Positions 53,401-64,000 are shown, counted from the first letter of the stretch. The stretch: 64,000 bases of DNA from Takakia lepidozioides (GCA_030704615.1 CM060731.1:79670001-79734000), one strand, 5' to 3'. The notes: generated by a model from the sequence alone, not told the origin. Program-made: numbers and translations.

Positions 53401-56400
53401 CTCTAAGTCAGATTTATCCAGCAGGGTCAAGACTTGCGGATCCAGGTCCAGGTCCTTGAAGATCTCTTCTACTCTCTTCTGCCAGGACTTAGCCTGTTTG
53501 ACAGGGCGGTCCTGTTTCCAAGATATAGAGTCGATTAACTTAGGATATCTGGTGTTGGGCATATGTTGCAGCTGACCCCACCATCTGACCTTGAATTCAT
53601 CTCGTCGGGAGCTTAAGGACGGAATGCCAAACTCACCCCGAACAGCCACATTGGCTGTTTTGGAGCATGCTGACATACCAGTGCATCTAGAGTGGGAATG
53701 CATGTGATCAGCTTGATCTACAGGTCCTGCTTTCAAACAAGCAGTTATACACTTTTCGGTGCTTGTACTCAGATTAAAATATCCAAGGCACATGTTTCGG
53801 ACCTCCAAATCGCCACAGAAAGGCAGGCAGCCGAATACCAGCTGAAGGTATATTTTCTTTCCCAGTGGAAACAACAAGCTTTTCTCCTTTTCCCTTGAGC
53901 TTTATTGCTTTTGGGCTGTTTGTGGCCCCTCTCGCTTGGCAGCTTACCTGCACGAGGCCTTGAATCTTAGAGAATCCCTTGAGCAGTAGTCGCTTTTGGG
54001 CTGGTTTTTGGCTCTGGTTTTGTTTCCTCTCTCAGCCGAGATCCACAGCAACATTGGAGTCAAACAGGGCTGCCCCCTTTCACCTACCCTGTTCGGGATC
54101 TACATTGACGCCTTGGAGAATTACATATCAAAAAACCATGGGGTTGGGGTCCCGTTGGATGGGGGACCAACCCAATCAGATCTCCTCTATGCTGATGATG
54201 TTGCCCTTTTGGCACAATCCCCGGTCTTTCTGCAACGCCATCTCAAAATTTTGGAACAGTTCTGCAAAGACTATGGGATGCAGGTCAATCTTAGTAAGAC
54301 CAAGATCATGGTCTTCAATGGCCAGGCTGATCGTAGATTCATCTTCAACCAGCAGGAAATTGAGATTGTGAAATCATACCGGTACCTAGGTCTGGTTATC
54401 CACTCCCCCAAGTTTCACTTTGCAGCCACTGCCTTGGACAGGTTGACTAAAGGTAAGGCGGCCTCCGTCCGCCTTCAGGCCAAATGCAAGCAAATACATC
54501 TGCGGCATCCCCCGACCAAAAAGTGGCTGTTTGACACCGTCGTCAGCCCTGCTACCATCTATGGTTGTGAGTTCTGGGCACCTGGTGTCCCTGTCTCCTG
54601 GTGGGAAAAGAATTTGGAACCATTACAGTCATCTTTTCTCCAAGCAATGCTTGGCGCCAGGAGCACAACTCCATCTCAGATCCTAGGTGCAGAGTTCGCA
54701 TGTGTACCATTGCAATCCGAGGCCCTCTTCAGGCTTACAATCTTTCTCCATAGATTGCAGGCCCTTCCACCCAAAGGGCTAGTGGCAAGGGCCCTCACAA
54801 CATCTATGAGGCTCAAAGCTGCAGGTTTCAGGAACTCCTGGTATGCTCGAGTGGACAGTTTATTTCAACGTAACGGACTTTCTACTGCTTTCCTATTACC
54901 AATGAACCCAGATGAGGTGGACATCACATCCAGACATGACCGCAACAGACTCATTCGGAGAGAGCTTATGGAATTACATGTCAAGAGAACTTGGATGCTA
55001 CCCAATCTCACAACAAAGCTCCACTTCTATCGAGAGACATTCTTGGTGCTCCGCGATGATAGAATCTTGAGACCAAATTACCTTTCAGCACCCTTATCTC
55101 CTTCCCTCTTGAGGGCATTGGGGCGGTTCAGGGTGGGTTCCCACAACCTACGGATAGAGACTGGCAGATGGGAAAACCTGCGACGGGAGGACCGCCTATG
55201 TCCAGCTTGCATAGGGCGCAGCAAGGAAATTGAAACTGAAGAACACTTCTTCTACTGCCCTCTATACTACGAGATCCGTGGGAGATTTCACTGTTTATTC
55301 AGTGGAACCCAAACTCTCACTGATGTCTTCCACTATGAGGATCAAAAATGCGTGGCAGCCTACCTACACGAGGCCTTCACCCTTAGACAATCGCTAGAAC
55401 ATTAATTGTGGTTTCTGGATTTGTTCCTCTCTCATGTTTTCTTCCATTTTGTCCCATAAGCTCTACGAGCTTTCCGCGGACGTTATAAAGCACCATTTCA
55501 TTTCATTTCTTCTTTTTCCATTTTTTCCCATAAGCTCTTTGAGCTTTCCGCGGACGTTATAAAGTACCATTTCATTTCATTTCATTTCTCTTGCTTTTCG
55601 TTCTTCCTCTTGGTCCATAAGCTCTTTGAGCTTCCCATGGTCGGTATAAATTACTATTTCATTCTTCCTCTCACCCTCGCACACACACGTTATTGACATG
55701 AGCTGTAGGTAAATTTGCCTTTCAATGTTGCTAATCACAACATAGTATTCCTCTATCTTGCATGTGGCGAAGTCGCCCACTGCATAGGTGATGTCTTACC
55801 CAAACATGTCTTTCTTGTAGTTCCTTTCTGTAACCATTACTGGCAATGCTTGATCTGTACAGGTTTGCTTGTCTAATAGACAGAATTGTGGTACTTCACC
55901 TGAAAAGATCATACTCACCACCAATTGAAGGTTCAACCAAGGTCTCAATTGATGTGCATGGTGTCCTGTCCTAAGCCTCTAAAAACACTGCAAGTTAAGT
56001 TGGAAGAGCATAAGTCCCACCTCCATCTACCAACAACTCCAAAAGGAGGTGAAACAAGTGCAGCCAAAGTCAAAGGCACAGGGTCGCCATTTAAATGCAT
56101 TGGAATGCGGCTGCCCCACCAGAACCATTCTGAACTGGATGATGAGCGGTTTCCTTATGAGGGTCGTATTGAGGAACTTGAAGCCCTCCTAGGGTCCCGG
56201 CAGAAGGAGGTATCAGTCATCCGTACCACTCCCCCCATCTCCCTATTAAAGATTCATTGCTTGGTCGTCCAATCTCTGTGGGCCTTCTGCAGACAATTAA
56301 GTCACCTCGTTTTGTTGTCATGCATTGTTGTTCCACTCTGGGTTTTCCATGGAAGATCTATATTTGTTTGCAGCTCTGTCTGCCTCTATTATAAGGGCAT

Positions 56401-59400
56401 TGGGAAGGGTGGGCTCCCACAGTCTGCCTAAAAGTTTGGTAGGTGGGACAACCTGCAGCGTGATGACCGCCTTTACCCTTGTTGCGCTAGGGTTACAGGA
56501 GGGAAATTGAAAATGAAGATCATTTCTGCTCTCACTGTCCTTTCTACTTTGAGATCTGGGGGAGATACTACTATTGTCTATCCCGAGATGGCCTATCTCT
56601 GACAGAGACGTTCCATTATGGGGATCAGAAATGCTTGGCAGCATATCTGCACGATGCGTTGACTCTTAGCTGTCTAACCGGGCTACATGGGATTGCATGT
56701 AGGTTTTTATGCTGAACACAAGATTGGCTGAAGCTGAGAGCATGACACGTGATGTCGTATGCGATCTGCTTGGTGTGAAAATGGACATCAATAACGTTGT
56801 GGTATGTCTGCCTTTCCATGTATGAGGCTCAAAGCTGCAGGTTTCAGGAACTCCTGGTATGCTCGAGTGGACAGTTTATTTCAACGTAACGGACTTTCTA
56901 CTGCTTTCCTCTTACCAATGAATCCAGATGAGGTGGACATCACATCCAGACATGACCGCAACAGACTCATTAGGAGAGGGCTTATGGAATTACATGTCAA
57001 GAGAACTTGGAAGCTACCCAATCTCACGACAAAGCTCCACTTCTATCGAGAGACATTCTTGGTGCTCCGCGATGATAGAATCTTGAGACCAAATTACCTT
57101 TCAGCATCCTTATCTCCTTCCCTCCTGAGGGCATTGGGGCGGTTCAGGGTGGGTTCCCACAACCTACGGATAGAGACTGGCAGATGGGAAAACCTGCAAC
57201 AGGAGGACCGCCTATGTCCAGCTTGCATAGGGCGCAGCAAGGCAATTGAAACTGAAGAACACTTCTTCTTCTACTGCCCTCTGTACTACGAAATCCGTGG
57301 GAGATTCCACTGTTTATTCAGTGGAACCCAAACTCTCACTGATGTCTTCCACTATGAGGATCAAAAATGCTTGGCAGCCTACCTGCACGAGGCCTTCACC
57401 CTTAGACAATCGCTAGAACATTAATTGTGGTTTCTGGATTTGTTCCTCTCTCATGTTTTCTTCCGTTTTGTCCCATAAGCTCTATGAGCTTCCCGCGGAC
57501 GTTATAAAGCACCATTTCATTTCATTTCAATTCATGTACAGACTGAGTAAATGTGAATGTGCTTTCTAGCTCTTAATAATTTCCTCTTCTGGTGTATGCA
57601 GTCTATCTTGGGCCAAGAGCAGGTGGAGCAGCTTGCTCACCACAGAAACGAAGCAGCACGAGAGAAGGTGTTTTTCAACCCAATCCACTTACAAAGCATT
57701 TCCTATGTTTCTAGTGTCACATTAAGGGGTAATACTGTTTCATGTTGTGCTATCTATCTTTTGAGTTGAAGTGCCAACAGGGCTCTGTTTGGAAAGCACA
57801 TCTATTTCAGCAATCACAGGCCAAAGCTTAGCCTCACTGCTACTCATAGCTTCAAACCTTGTTAAACTCCAAACTGCTTCTCTTCAAACTTCCCAGGATA
57901 AGTACCTACTGGAAAGAAGTAACAGCTTGAAAATTCCCTAACTAGAGTGTTCCTGTTTGCAGGAAGCAGAGTTGTTGACGTCGAGATCACAGCTCAATGA
58001 TTTTATTGAGGAAAGAGAAAGGTAGAGAGCAAGAATGTTAGCAGATCTCTCTCCTCTCTTGTTTCCTCTCTGGTTTTCTGGAGCACTAGACTGGATTTTA
58101 TCGTGAATGTCCATGACAACTGGTGTCCATCGCATGGGCAGCTGGCTACGGGAAATCACCCGAATGCAAGCCGAGATCTTAGCTGCGGGTGTTACTGCTG
58201 AAAGGCTACAGGAGCGTGACCAGACACTCACAACAGAAAATGGAAAGATCAAGGTGTTGCCTTTACACGTTTTTCTTCATCTATGTCAGCCCAGTTGTGT
58301 GTTTCTTGTCTGTCCCTGTCTCCTTATTTGGATCTCTCTTGGAATGTCACTCGTCTATTGTTTTCATGCGTGTGCGTGTAGCAGCCCCCCACACAAGTGA
58401 CATAGGCTGGTTGGTCTGCAGGCTGAAAGCATCAGTCAACAGAAACAGATAGGAGAGCTGGAACGAGAGGTTAAGAAGCTCTCTGGACAACAAAACCTCC
58501 AGCAGCGGATTCATCATCATGCCAAAATTAGAGTATTTGACCACTTCCTTGGACAACCATGCCAAACTAGATAGAATATAAAATGAGATCAGTCTCATTG
58601 GCCTCTCCTTTTGTCATACCTCTTTCTTGTTCCGTTACTTTCTGTGATCTTCAAGTGGCATAATCTAAAATTCTTTGTTGTTGTGGTGACAGGAGGAAAA
58701 CAACTCACTTAGAATACAGAATGATGAACTCTGTGGTAAGCTACGTCATGCTGAGCTCCTATTTGTGCGGCTGAATGATGAGCTGGCACGCTACCAGGCA
58801 GCAGGCGGCAAAGCCCCGTTCCTGAACATTGACGAGGAGCAGCGACTTCGCAACAAGCTTGAGGTTGCATAACACTGTACAAATATGCTTGTATTGTAGC
58901 TGGTGTCTTGCATTCGGACATTTTATCTATTTTTTTCTACATGAGCATTATTCTTCACATATGAGAGGCAGTGGCAATTAGTTTGCTGTTACTTATCACA
59001 CAACTCATCATGGAATCTTGCTCGACTGAAATGAGGCAGCTGTTCTCTGCTGGTAAGGTAATGTACTTAATGATTTCAAGAGAAAACAAGTACAAATCCG
59101 TTTGAAAGAAAGAGAAATAATCCCCCCATGCATTTCTTGACTTTTTTCCATCTTACAGGAGACAGAGGACAACAGGATTCAGATGGCTCAAAAGCTCATA
59201 AACTTGTGCTGTAGCATTATGAAGGTAAACCCATATCTCTGCTTCTGAACTGTGTTTCTTGCCTCAAAATCCAGAAGTCTGGAAATTTCTTCCAAACACG
59301 ACTGCAAGTTTTCTTACTAGGCAGGAGCTGATGGAATTCCATGTAGGATGGACCTGGAAATTAGGGAACCCCATTATCACAAAGCTGCAGTTCTATTGTG

Positions 59401-61231
59401 ACATCCTCCTCAACAATATAATCTTATAGCCCAATTACTTGTTTGCACTCCACCTCTTCTAAGGTGCAACATGGGCTCCAATAGACTCACCATTAATGGG
59501 ATATCGCAATGTGGCAAACACTAGTGCCCTGCTTGTGCTAGAGAAGACAGGGAGACTTTTAGACTGAGAAGCATTTCTTCTTCCACTGTGATATTCCGGG
59601 CCACTACTGCTGCCTAATCAGTGACAGCCAATCCCTCACAGAGGTCTTTCATCATTACGAGGATAAAAAATGCCAGCATATTACATGATGCCCTCCATTG
59701 TAGAGGATCTCTTGATGTTCACTAGGTTTTGGGCTGCTTATTGAGGGCCAACCCTGTTTCTTGTTTCATCCTCTCCCATAAGCTCTTTGAGCTTTCCACG
59801 GTCGTTATAATGTGTCATTTCATGCCTTCACCCTTAGACAATCACTCGAACAATAGTTCTTATTCTTGGCTTTGGTTTTATTTTCTCTCTCATGTTTTCT
59901 TCCATTTTGTCCCATAAGCTCTATGAGCTTTCCGCGGACGTTATAAAGCATCATTTCATTAGGGTGGGTTCTCAGTCTGCAGGTAGAGACTGGTAGGTCA
60001 GACAAGCTGCAGTGCGCTGACCACTTGTGTGGGGCTTGTGCTAGAGATGACAGGAGTGAGATTGAAATTGAAGAACATTTCTTCTTTCCCAGTACTTTCT
60101 ACTCTGAGTCCTGGGGGAGATCCCGGATCCGCTGCTTATTGCAGACCTTGGTGTTCTTGTCTCCTACCTTCCTTTATCCCATGAGCTCTTTGAGCTTTCC
60201 GTGGACGTGACTAGTACCATTTCATTTCATTTCTTTGGTGCTTTTTTGTTGTTTGTTCTTTGTTGGAGTTGGCCTCTTCAATGAATTGTGTCCATACAGA
60301 GCAGCTAACTTTTCCATTGTCAATAGATAGCAGGAATTTCAGAGTCAGGAACGGACACAGACCCATCGATGGCAATGGAAGCACTTCAGCAGTTGGCAGA
60401 TCGCCTCCAAACCACAGAACAAGAATTATCAAATTTCAAACTCAAGGTACACGTTGTGCAGGCAAAGGCACTTGTCACAGTTGATGTCAGGAAACACAAC
60501 TGCGTGGCCTTGTTAAGTATTAGAAATATGTGTGTCTCTGTCAGAAGACTCTGTAGTTTTCTCCCGGTTTTACTCTCAATGACACTTCTGTCCATCGGCT
60601 GTGCATAGCGCTGTAAATCGCTGGACGTCAAAATATCTTTCTTGTGGGCTCCCAGTCTGCGGAGAGACTCGTAGGTGGGAAAATTTGCAACGTGACGACC
60701 ACCTATGCCCCATTTTCCCTGGGAACCGCAGGGAAATCGAAAGTGAAGAATTTCACTGCCTTTTATACTATGAGATCCGTGGAAGATTCAACTGTCTATT
60801 CCGGGATACCCAATCTCTCACGGAGGTCTTCCATTACCAGGATCAGAAATGCTTGGCAACTTGAAGGCTGACTCTTAGACAACCGCTTGGGCTATAGTTG
60901 CTTTTGGGCTGCTTGTGGCCCCCCCTTCTTGTTTCTTCCTTCCTCGTCCCATAAGCTCTTTGAGCTTCCCGTGAACGTTATGAAGTACCATTTCCTTTCT
61001 CTCTTCCTCCTCTTACCTTGTGCCTAAAGTGCCATTCTTGTTTACTGTATAAGGACTCTCAAATATCTTCTCCGTTTTCCTGCATTCACCATTGTTCTCT
61101 CACTGGGGCAGACAAGGATTGCAGCAGAGAAGAGGCGGCTAGGTGAGCTCCGTGCTGTACACTCACAATGCAAGCCTACCAACTTCACAGCCCTCCAGAG
61201 ATCTGCCAGCCCTGGCCCCGCACCCCGATAG
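26452..61231 (+). CDS. Kinesin-12, phragmoplast-orienting kinesin (POK1/POK2, KIN12C/D)-like; ~35 exons
   Basis: Motor exons include [25 protein letters not shown]|TGSGKT (28459-28578), [10 protein letters not shown] (29383-29496), 30254-30346, NCESSRAH (33588-33677), LVDLAGSER (33852-33922), [10 protein letters not shown] (34112-34186), [14 protein letters not shown] (36112-36199), DSLGGNSKT and TLKFAQRAK. The kinesin-12 neck carries GALRRE and [14 protein letters not shown]. Giant coiled-coil exons lie at 42536-44122 and 45440-48151. The POK C-terminus has [18 protein letters not shown] and [17 protein letters not shown]. Last exon 61112-61231 (TAG). The acceptor near 55976 (AAG) is uncertain. 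Confidence 0.92.
30620..33350 (-). mobile_element. Nested array of family-A LINE 3' fragments, antisense, in kinesin intron 30347-33587
   Basis: About 8 tails reading GAAATGAAATGGTACTTTATAACGTC..GGAAAGCTCAAAGAGCTTATGGGACAA, with attached C-terminal coding pieces (rc: [20 protein letters not shown]). Confidence 0.88.
32467..32864. mobile_element. Solo LTR (398 bp) nested in a family-A fragment
   Basis: TGTTAG...CCAACA ends; TSD GAGGG (32462-32466) / TAGGG (32865-32869). The empty-site sequence is present at 51035-51080 (rc), which confirms the boundaries. Confidence 0.8.
34290..35880 (-). mobile_element. Family-A 3' fragments flanking a decayed RTE-like RT fragment (~34900-35440), antisense, in kinesin intron 34187-36111
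   Basis: Tails at ~34291, 34349, 35444 and 35508. The rc translation gives KAFD..(frameshift) and [13 protein letters not shown] (~35220-35257). Confidence 0.8.
38983..39430 (-). mobile_element. Family-A LINE 3' fragment (~390 bp), the last antisense copy
   Basis: rc: [59 protein letters not shown], then 3' UTR and (CATTT)n tail. Confidence 0.88.
48703..50428 (+). mobile_element. Family-B non-LTR retrotransposon, 5'-truncated, with an internal RT deletion
   Basis: [37 protein letters not shown]-terminal [18 protein letters not shown]. One in-frame TGA at 49430. 11-bp TSD TCTTTAATTGT (48692-48702 / 50429-50439). Confidence 0.92.
50896..50934 (+). mobile_element. 39-nt family-B 3'-end insertion
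   Basis: GGCCACAAGGCTACGGCAAACAACGTCTTATGAGTACAT flanked by the 14-bp TSD TCTCTCACTGAAGT (50882-50895 / 50935-50948). Confidence 0.85.
52786..53676 (-). mobile_element. Family-B LINE 3' fragment (891 bp), antisense
   Basis: Near-identical reverse complement of ~49538-50428. 15-bp TSD ACCAGTGCATCTAGA (52771-52785 / 53677-53691). Confidence 0.93.
54034..55590 (+). mobile_element. Longest family-A LINE copy (5'-truncated within RT, open to the stop), RTE/RTEX-like
   Basis: [24 protein letters not shown], then the C-terminus [37 protein letters not shown]. Stop at 55405, ~90-nt 3' UTR with hairpin, (CATTT)n tail, followed by a second tail unit. Confidence 0.92.
56821..57532 (+). mobile_element. 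Family-A LINE 3' fragment, inserted ~19 nt after a kinesin donor site
   Basis: Near-identical to 54805-55510. Candidate TSD CATGTA (56817-56822 / 57533-57538). Confidence 0.9.
59470..61000 (+). mobile_element. Older family-A fragments, sense, in the last two kinesin introns
   Basis: Tails at ~59775, 59903, 60178 and 60947; coding remnants [24 protein letters not shown]. Confidence 0.82.
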
Positions 61232-62039
61232 CTGAACCAGGTTCTGGGAGCTCCAGAAACTCTGTACAGATAGTTTTGGCAGTTCACATTGTTTTTGTAG
61301 CAATAAAGTTAAGAAAAGGAACACAAGTGGAAGCAAATGAAAAAATACAAATAAAATTAAAAATTGACCTTTTCTTACTCAAGTAACATTTCCCTGAATG
61401 CCTGCATTGTTCCTGGAGTAGAATTTCTGCTAGACACCAGTAATTTCATGTTTCCAAAATAGCCCTCTATCCCACTGTCCCACCATTGTTGCTGGATTAC
61501 TCATTAACCCTTACAGGGCCCAGGAGACACGTTTTGGGTTTTGATGAAGTGGATTTTTCTATGTGCTTTTTGCAGTTCTTAATATTTTTTCAACGGTTAC
61601 AACTGCATTTACATTTACATTTTCTGACAACATGGCCCAACTTCTCACACTGAAACTAGTAAATTTTACCAACCTGTAGGTTTTTTTAATCAAATTGGAG
61701 CATGTAGGAGGGGCCATCTAGTTGACTGTCTAGGTGGGTAGACATAATTGGCCCATAGTTGGGCTCATTCAGGTGGTAACTTTTGTAAATTCTTAGATCT
61801 AGAATTTGCTTAGCCCCATACCACATTTCTATTTGGGAGGCAGAAGCAAGAAAAATTAACCCCTCACTCAAATAGCTTGGTCAAAGATCAAATTTCATGC
61901 TTTGCAAAATCCAAAAGTTAATAACCCCTACTAAAACATTAAAATCTCTTTCATTCTATGGTGAATTTCTCTGCCATGTTTTCTTTCCAACGATACCATG
62001 GCCTCTATCTTCATTCCATAAGTTTCGGGGCCAAATTAT

Positions 62040-63172
62040 TGCAGGAAAGCCCACTTGCTTTTTCTCAAATTTTCGGTGACGAAAAGTACTTGAAATTCCA
62101 TATCTCCCACACCGCAGGTCCAAAAATCATGAGACCAAGCTGGTGCACCCCTCCTCATCCAGGACTTTCCAACAGTGCCAAGCACCACGACTGGGCCGCA
62201 GCTTGGGAGATCTCAACGCTACAAAAGAAACAAACAAACAAACTACCTTACTTATATATTGACTAGGATAGCCTATGCCGTTGGCCCGAGTGTCATGTGT
62301 CATCTAAGTCCAAGTGCAATCCCCTATGTATCCAAGTGCGTCTCCAATGTCGAGGCCCATGTGTGACGAATTGAAATCTAAGACAAATGCAATTTCCTAC
62401 GTACCCAAGCGCGTCTCCTATATGAAGGCCCCTCTAAGCCCAAATGCAGTGCTTCTCCCATGTAGAGGCCCAAGTGCGACCTCCAGTGTCATTCCAACAC
62501 TTAATTTTTTAATTTAGTTGAATTTTCAGTGACCAAATTTGTTCATATTTTTATAATTCTCGGCCCGTAGGTCTAAATTTTGTGAACCACATGTCCAATG
62601 TCATCTAAGTCCAAGTGTAATCTCCTATGTATCGAAGTGCGTCTCCTATCGAGGCTTCATATATTGATATATCTCTTGTCGAGGCTTCATATTTTGATCT
62701 ATCCTATCATTGTCCCAAGAAAGCCAACTTTTGTTTTTTTTTCACGAATTGCCACTAACCAATTGTACTTGAAATTCGACATCTCCCACTCTCCAAAAAT
62801 CATGAGACCGCCCCTACTCATCGAGGCTTTCTAACGGTACTAAAATCGTGGCTAGAGGCCCCGCGGTTTGGGAGATCTCAACGACACTACAAACAATATT
62901 GAACGCCGATATTTAAAACAATCCCAATTTACATCTAGGAAAGCCCATTTTGCTATTTTTCGTGAATTTCCAGCGACAAAAGTACTTGAAATTTCAGATC
63001 TCTCACACCGCAAGTCCAAAAATCATGAGACCAAGCCGGTGCACCCCTCCTGATCGGGGGCTTTCCAACAGCACCAAGCACCAGGGTTGGGGCTTGCGGT
63101 TTGGGAGATCTCAACGACGCTACAAAAAACAAAACAAAACAAAACAGACAAACAATCTGCTTCATGTATTGA
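62040..63172 (-). mobile_element. Tandem non-autonomous Helitrons with a head-to-tail junction at 62262/62263
   Basis: Same family as 21488-21973. The minus strand reads ...GGCTATCCTAG|TCAATATATAAG at the junction. The distal 5' TC is at 63172, preceded by A. Confidence 0.78.
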
Positions 63173-64000
63173 TATCCAAAAACAGAAATGGTGGTAGGGG
63201 TAGGAGGTTGCATTCGCAACACCTCAACATTATATCCTAAGCACTCACCTAACATCTAGCCCAATGATACCCCAACATCCGGATTGCGTCTAGTCTAATG
63301 AACTCACCTAAAACAGATGCTTGTGGTTGGCCGTCAACAAAAGTGGGGGGAGGGAGGGGTATGCAACAGCCCAATATTGACCCTTAGGCACTAACCTAAC
63401 ATCTAGCTCAATGACATCCCAATATTATAACAGCCCAACATCTAGCCTAATAAACTCATCTGTAATGGATGTTTGTGGCTGACCACCATAGCATGTATAG
63501 AAAGAAACAAAAAATGAGAGGTGGGGAGTGGAGAATCAACATCCCAACACCAACCACATGGATTAACCAAAGACAGGGCAACTATGCCGTGAGGGTATGC
63601 TCACAACAACTGCCTTATTGGTGAATGTACGCGAGTACGCTAAAATGGACTTGATTATGTGGGTGTAGGACTCCCCAGGTAAAAGGAAATGACGCCTATT
63701 TGCAAGGCTTCTCAATGTAGAGTAATAGCGTCTAGAATGCATATAGCTGGTACGCTGATAGTTCGCGCCTTGGTGGGTTGTCAGGTGGAGTAGGCAACAG
63801 CAGTGGCTGTTATAGTTCCTATGACCGATCACGTCATAACTGCTTGGGTCCGGCCGCATAAGCTACTATTGCTGGGCCCAAGACTGCTCATTTTTGCCAC
63901 TTGGCAAACAGTTGTTTGATATTACCCCCAAAAAATGTGATTGGTCATAGGGCTCAAGGTTCATACAAGCATTTGAATTGGTTCAACTTTGAAACCCCAT

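Overview
Eukaryotic land-plant genomic DNA. A non-seed plant such as a bryophyte or lycophyte is plausible, but that is inference only. Three intron-containing genes are present: a 5'-truncated F-box/LRR gene (FBL3/RAE1-like, +, 1-3828), a JmjC gene (JMJ30/JMJD5-like, -, 14172-10557) and a ~35-kb POK1/POK2-type kinesin-12 gene (+, 26452-61231). Intergenic DNA holds two decayed L1-clade LINEs, non-autonomous Helitrons (including a head-to-tail CTAG|TC junction and a satellite of reiterated 3' ends), a ~0.9-kb foldback element and a small TIR element. The most unusual structure is inside the kinesin introns. More than 30 short 3'-end copies of one RTE/RTEX-like LINE ('family A', with an AAGCTC-NNN-GAGCTT hairpin and a (CATTT)n tail) are all antisense from 30.6 to 39.4 kb and all sense from 39.8 to 61 kb, switching across one 54-nt exon. 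One chimeric junction is shared between the two domains in inverted orientation. A second, tail-less LINE ('family B') has three insertions whose TSDs all begin TCT, and two of them form a ~0.9-kb inverted repeat around an in-frame 372-nt three-exon block.
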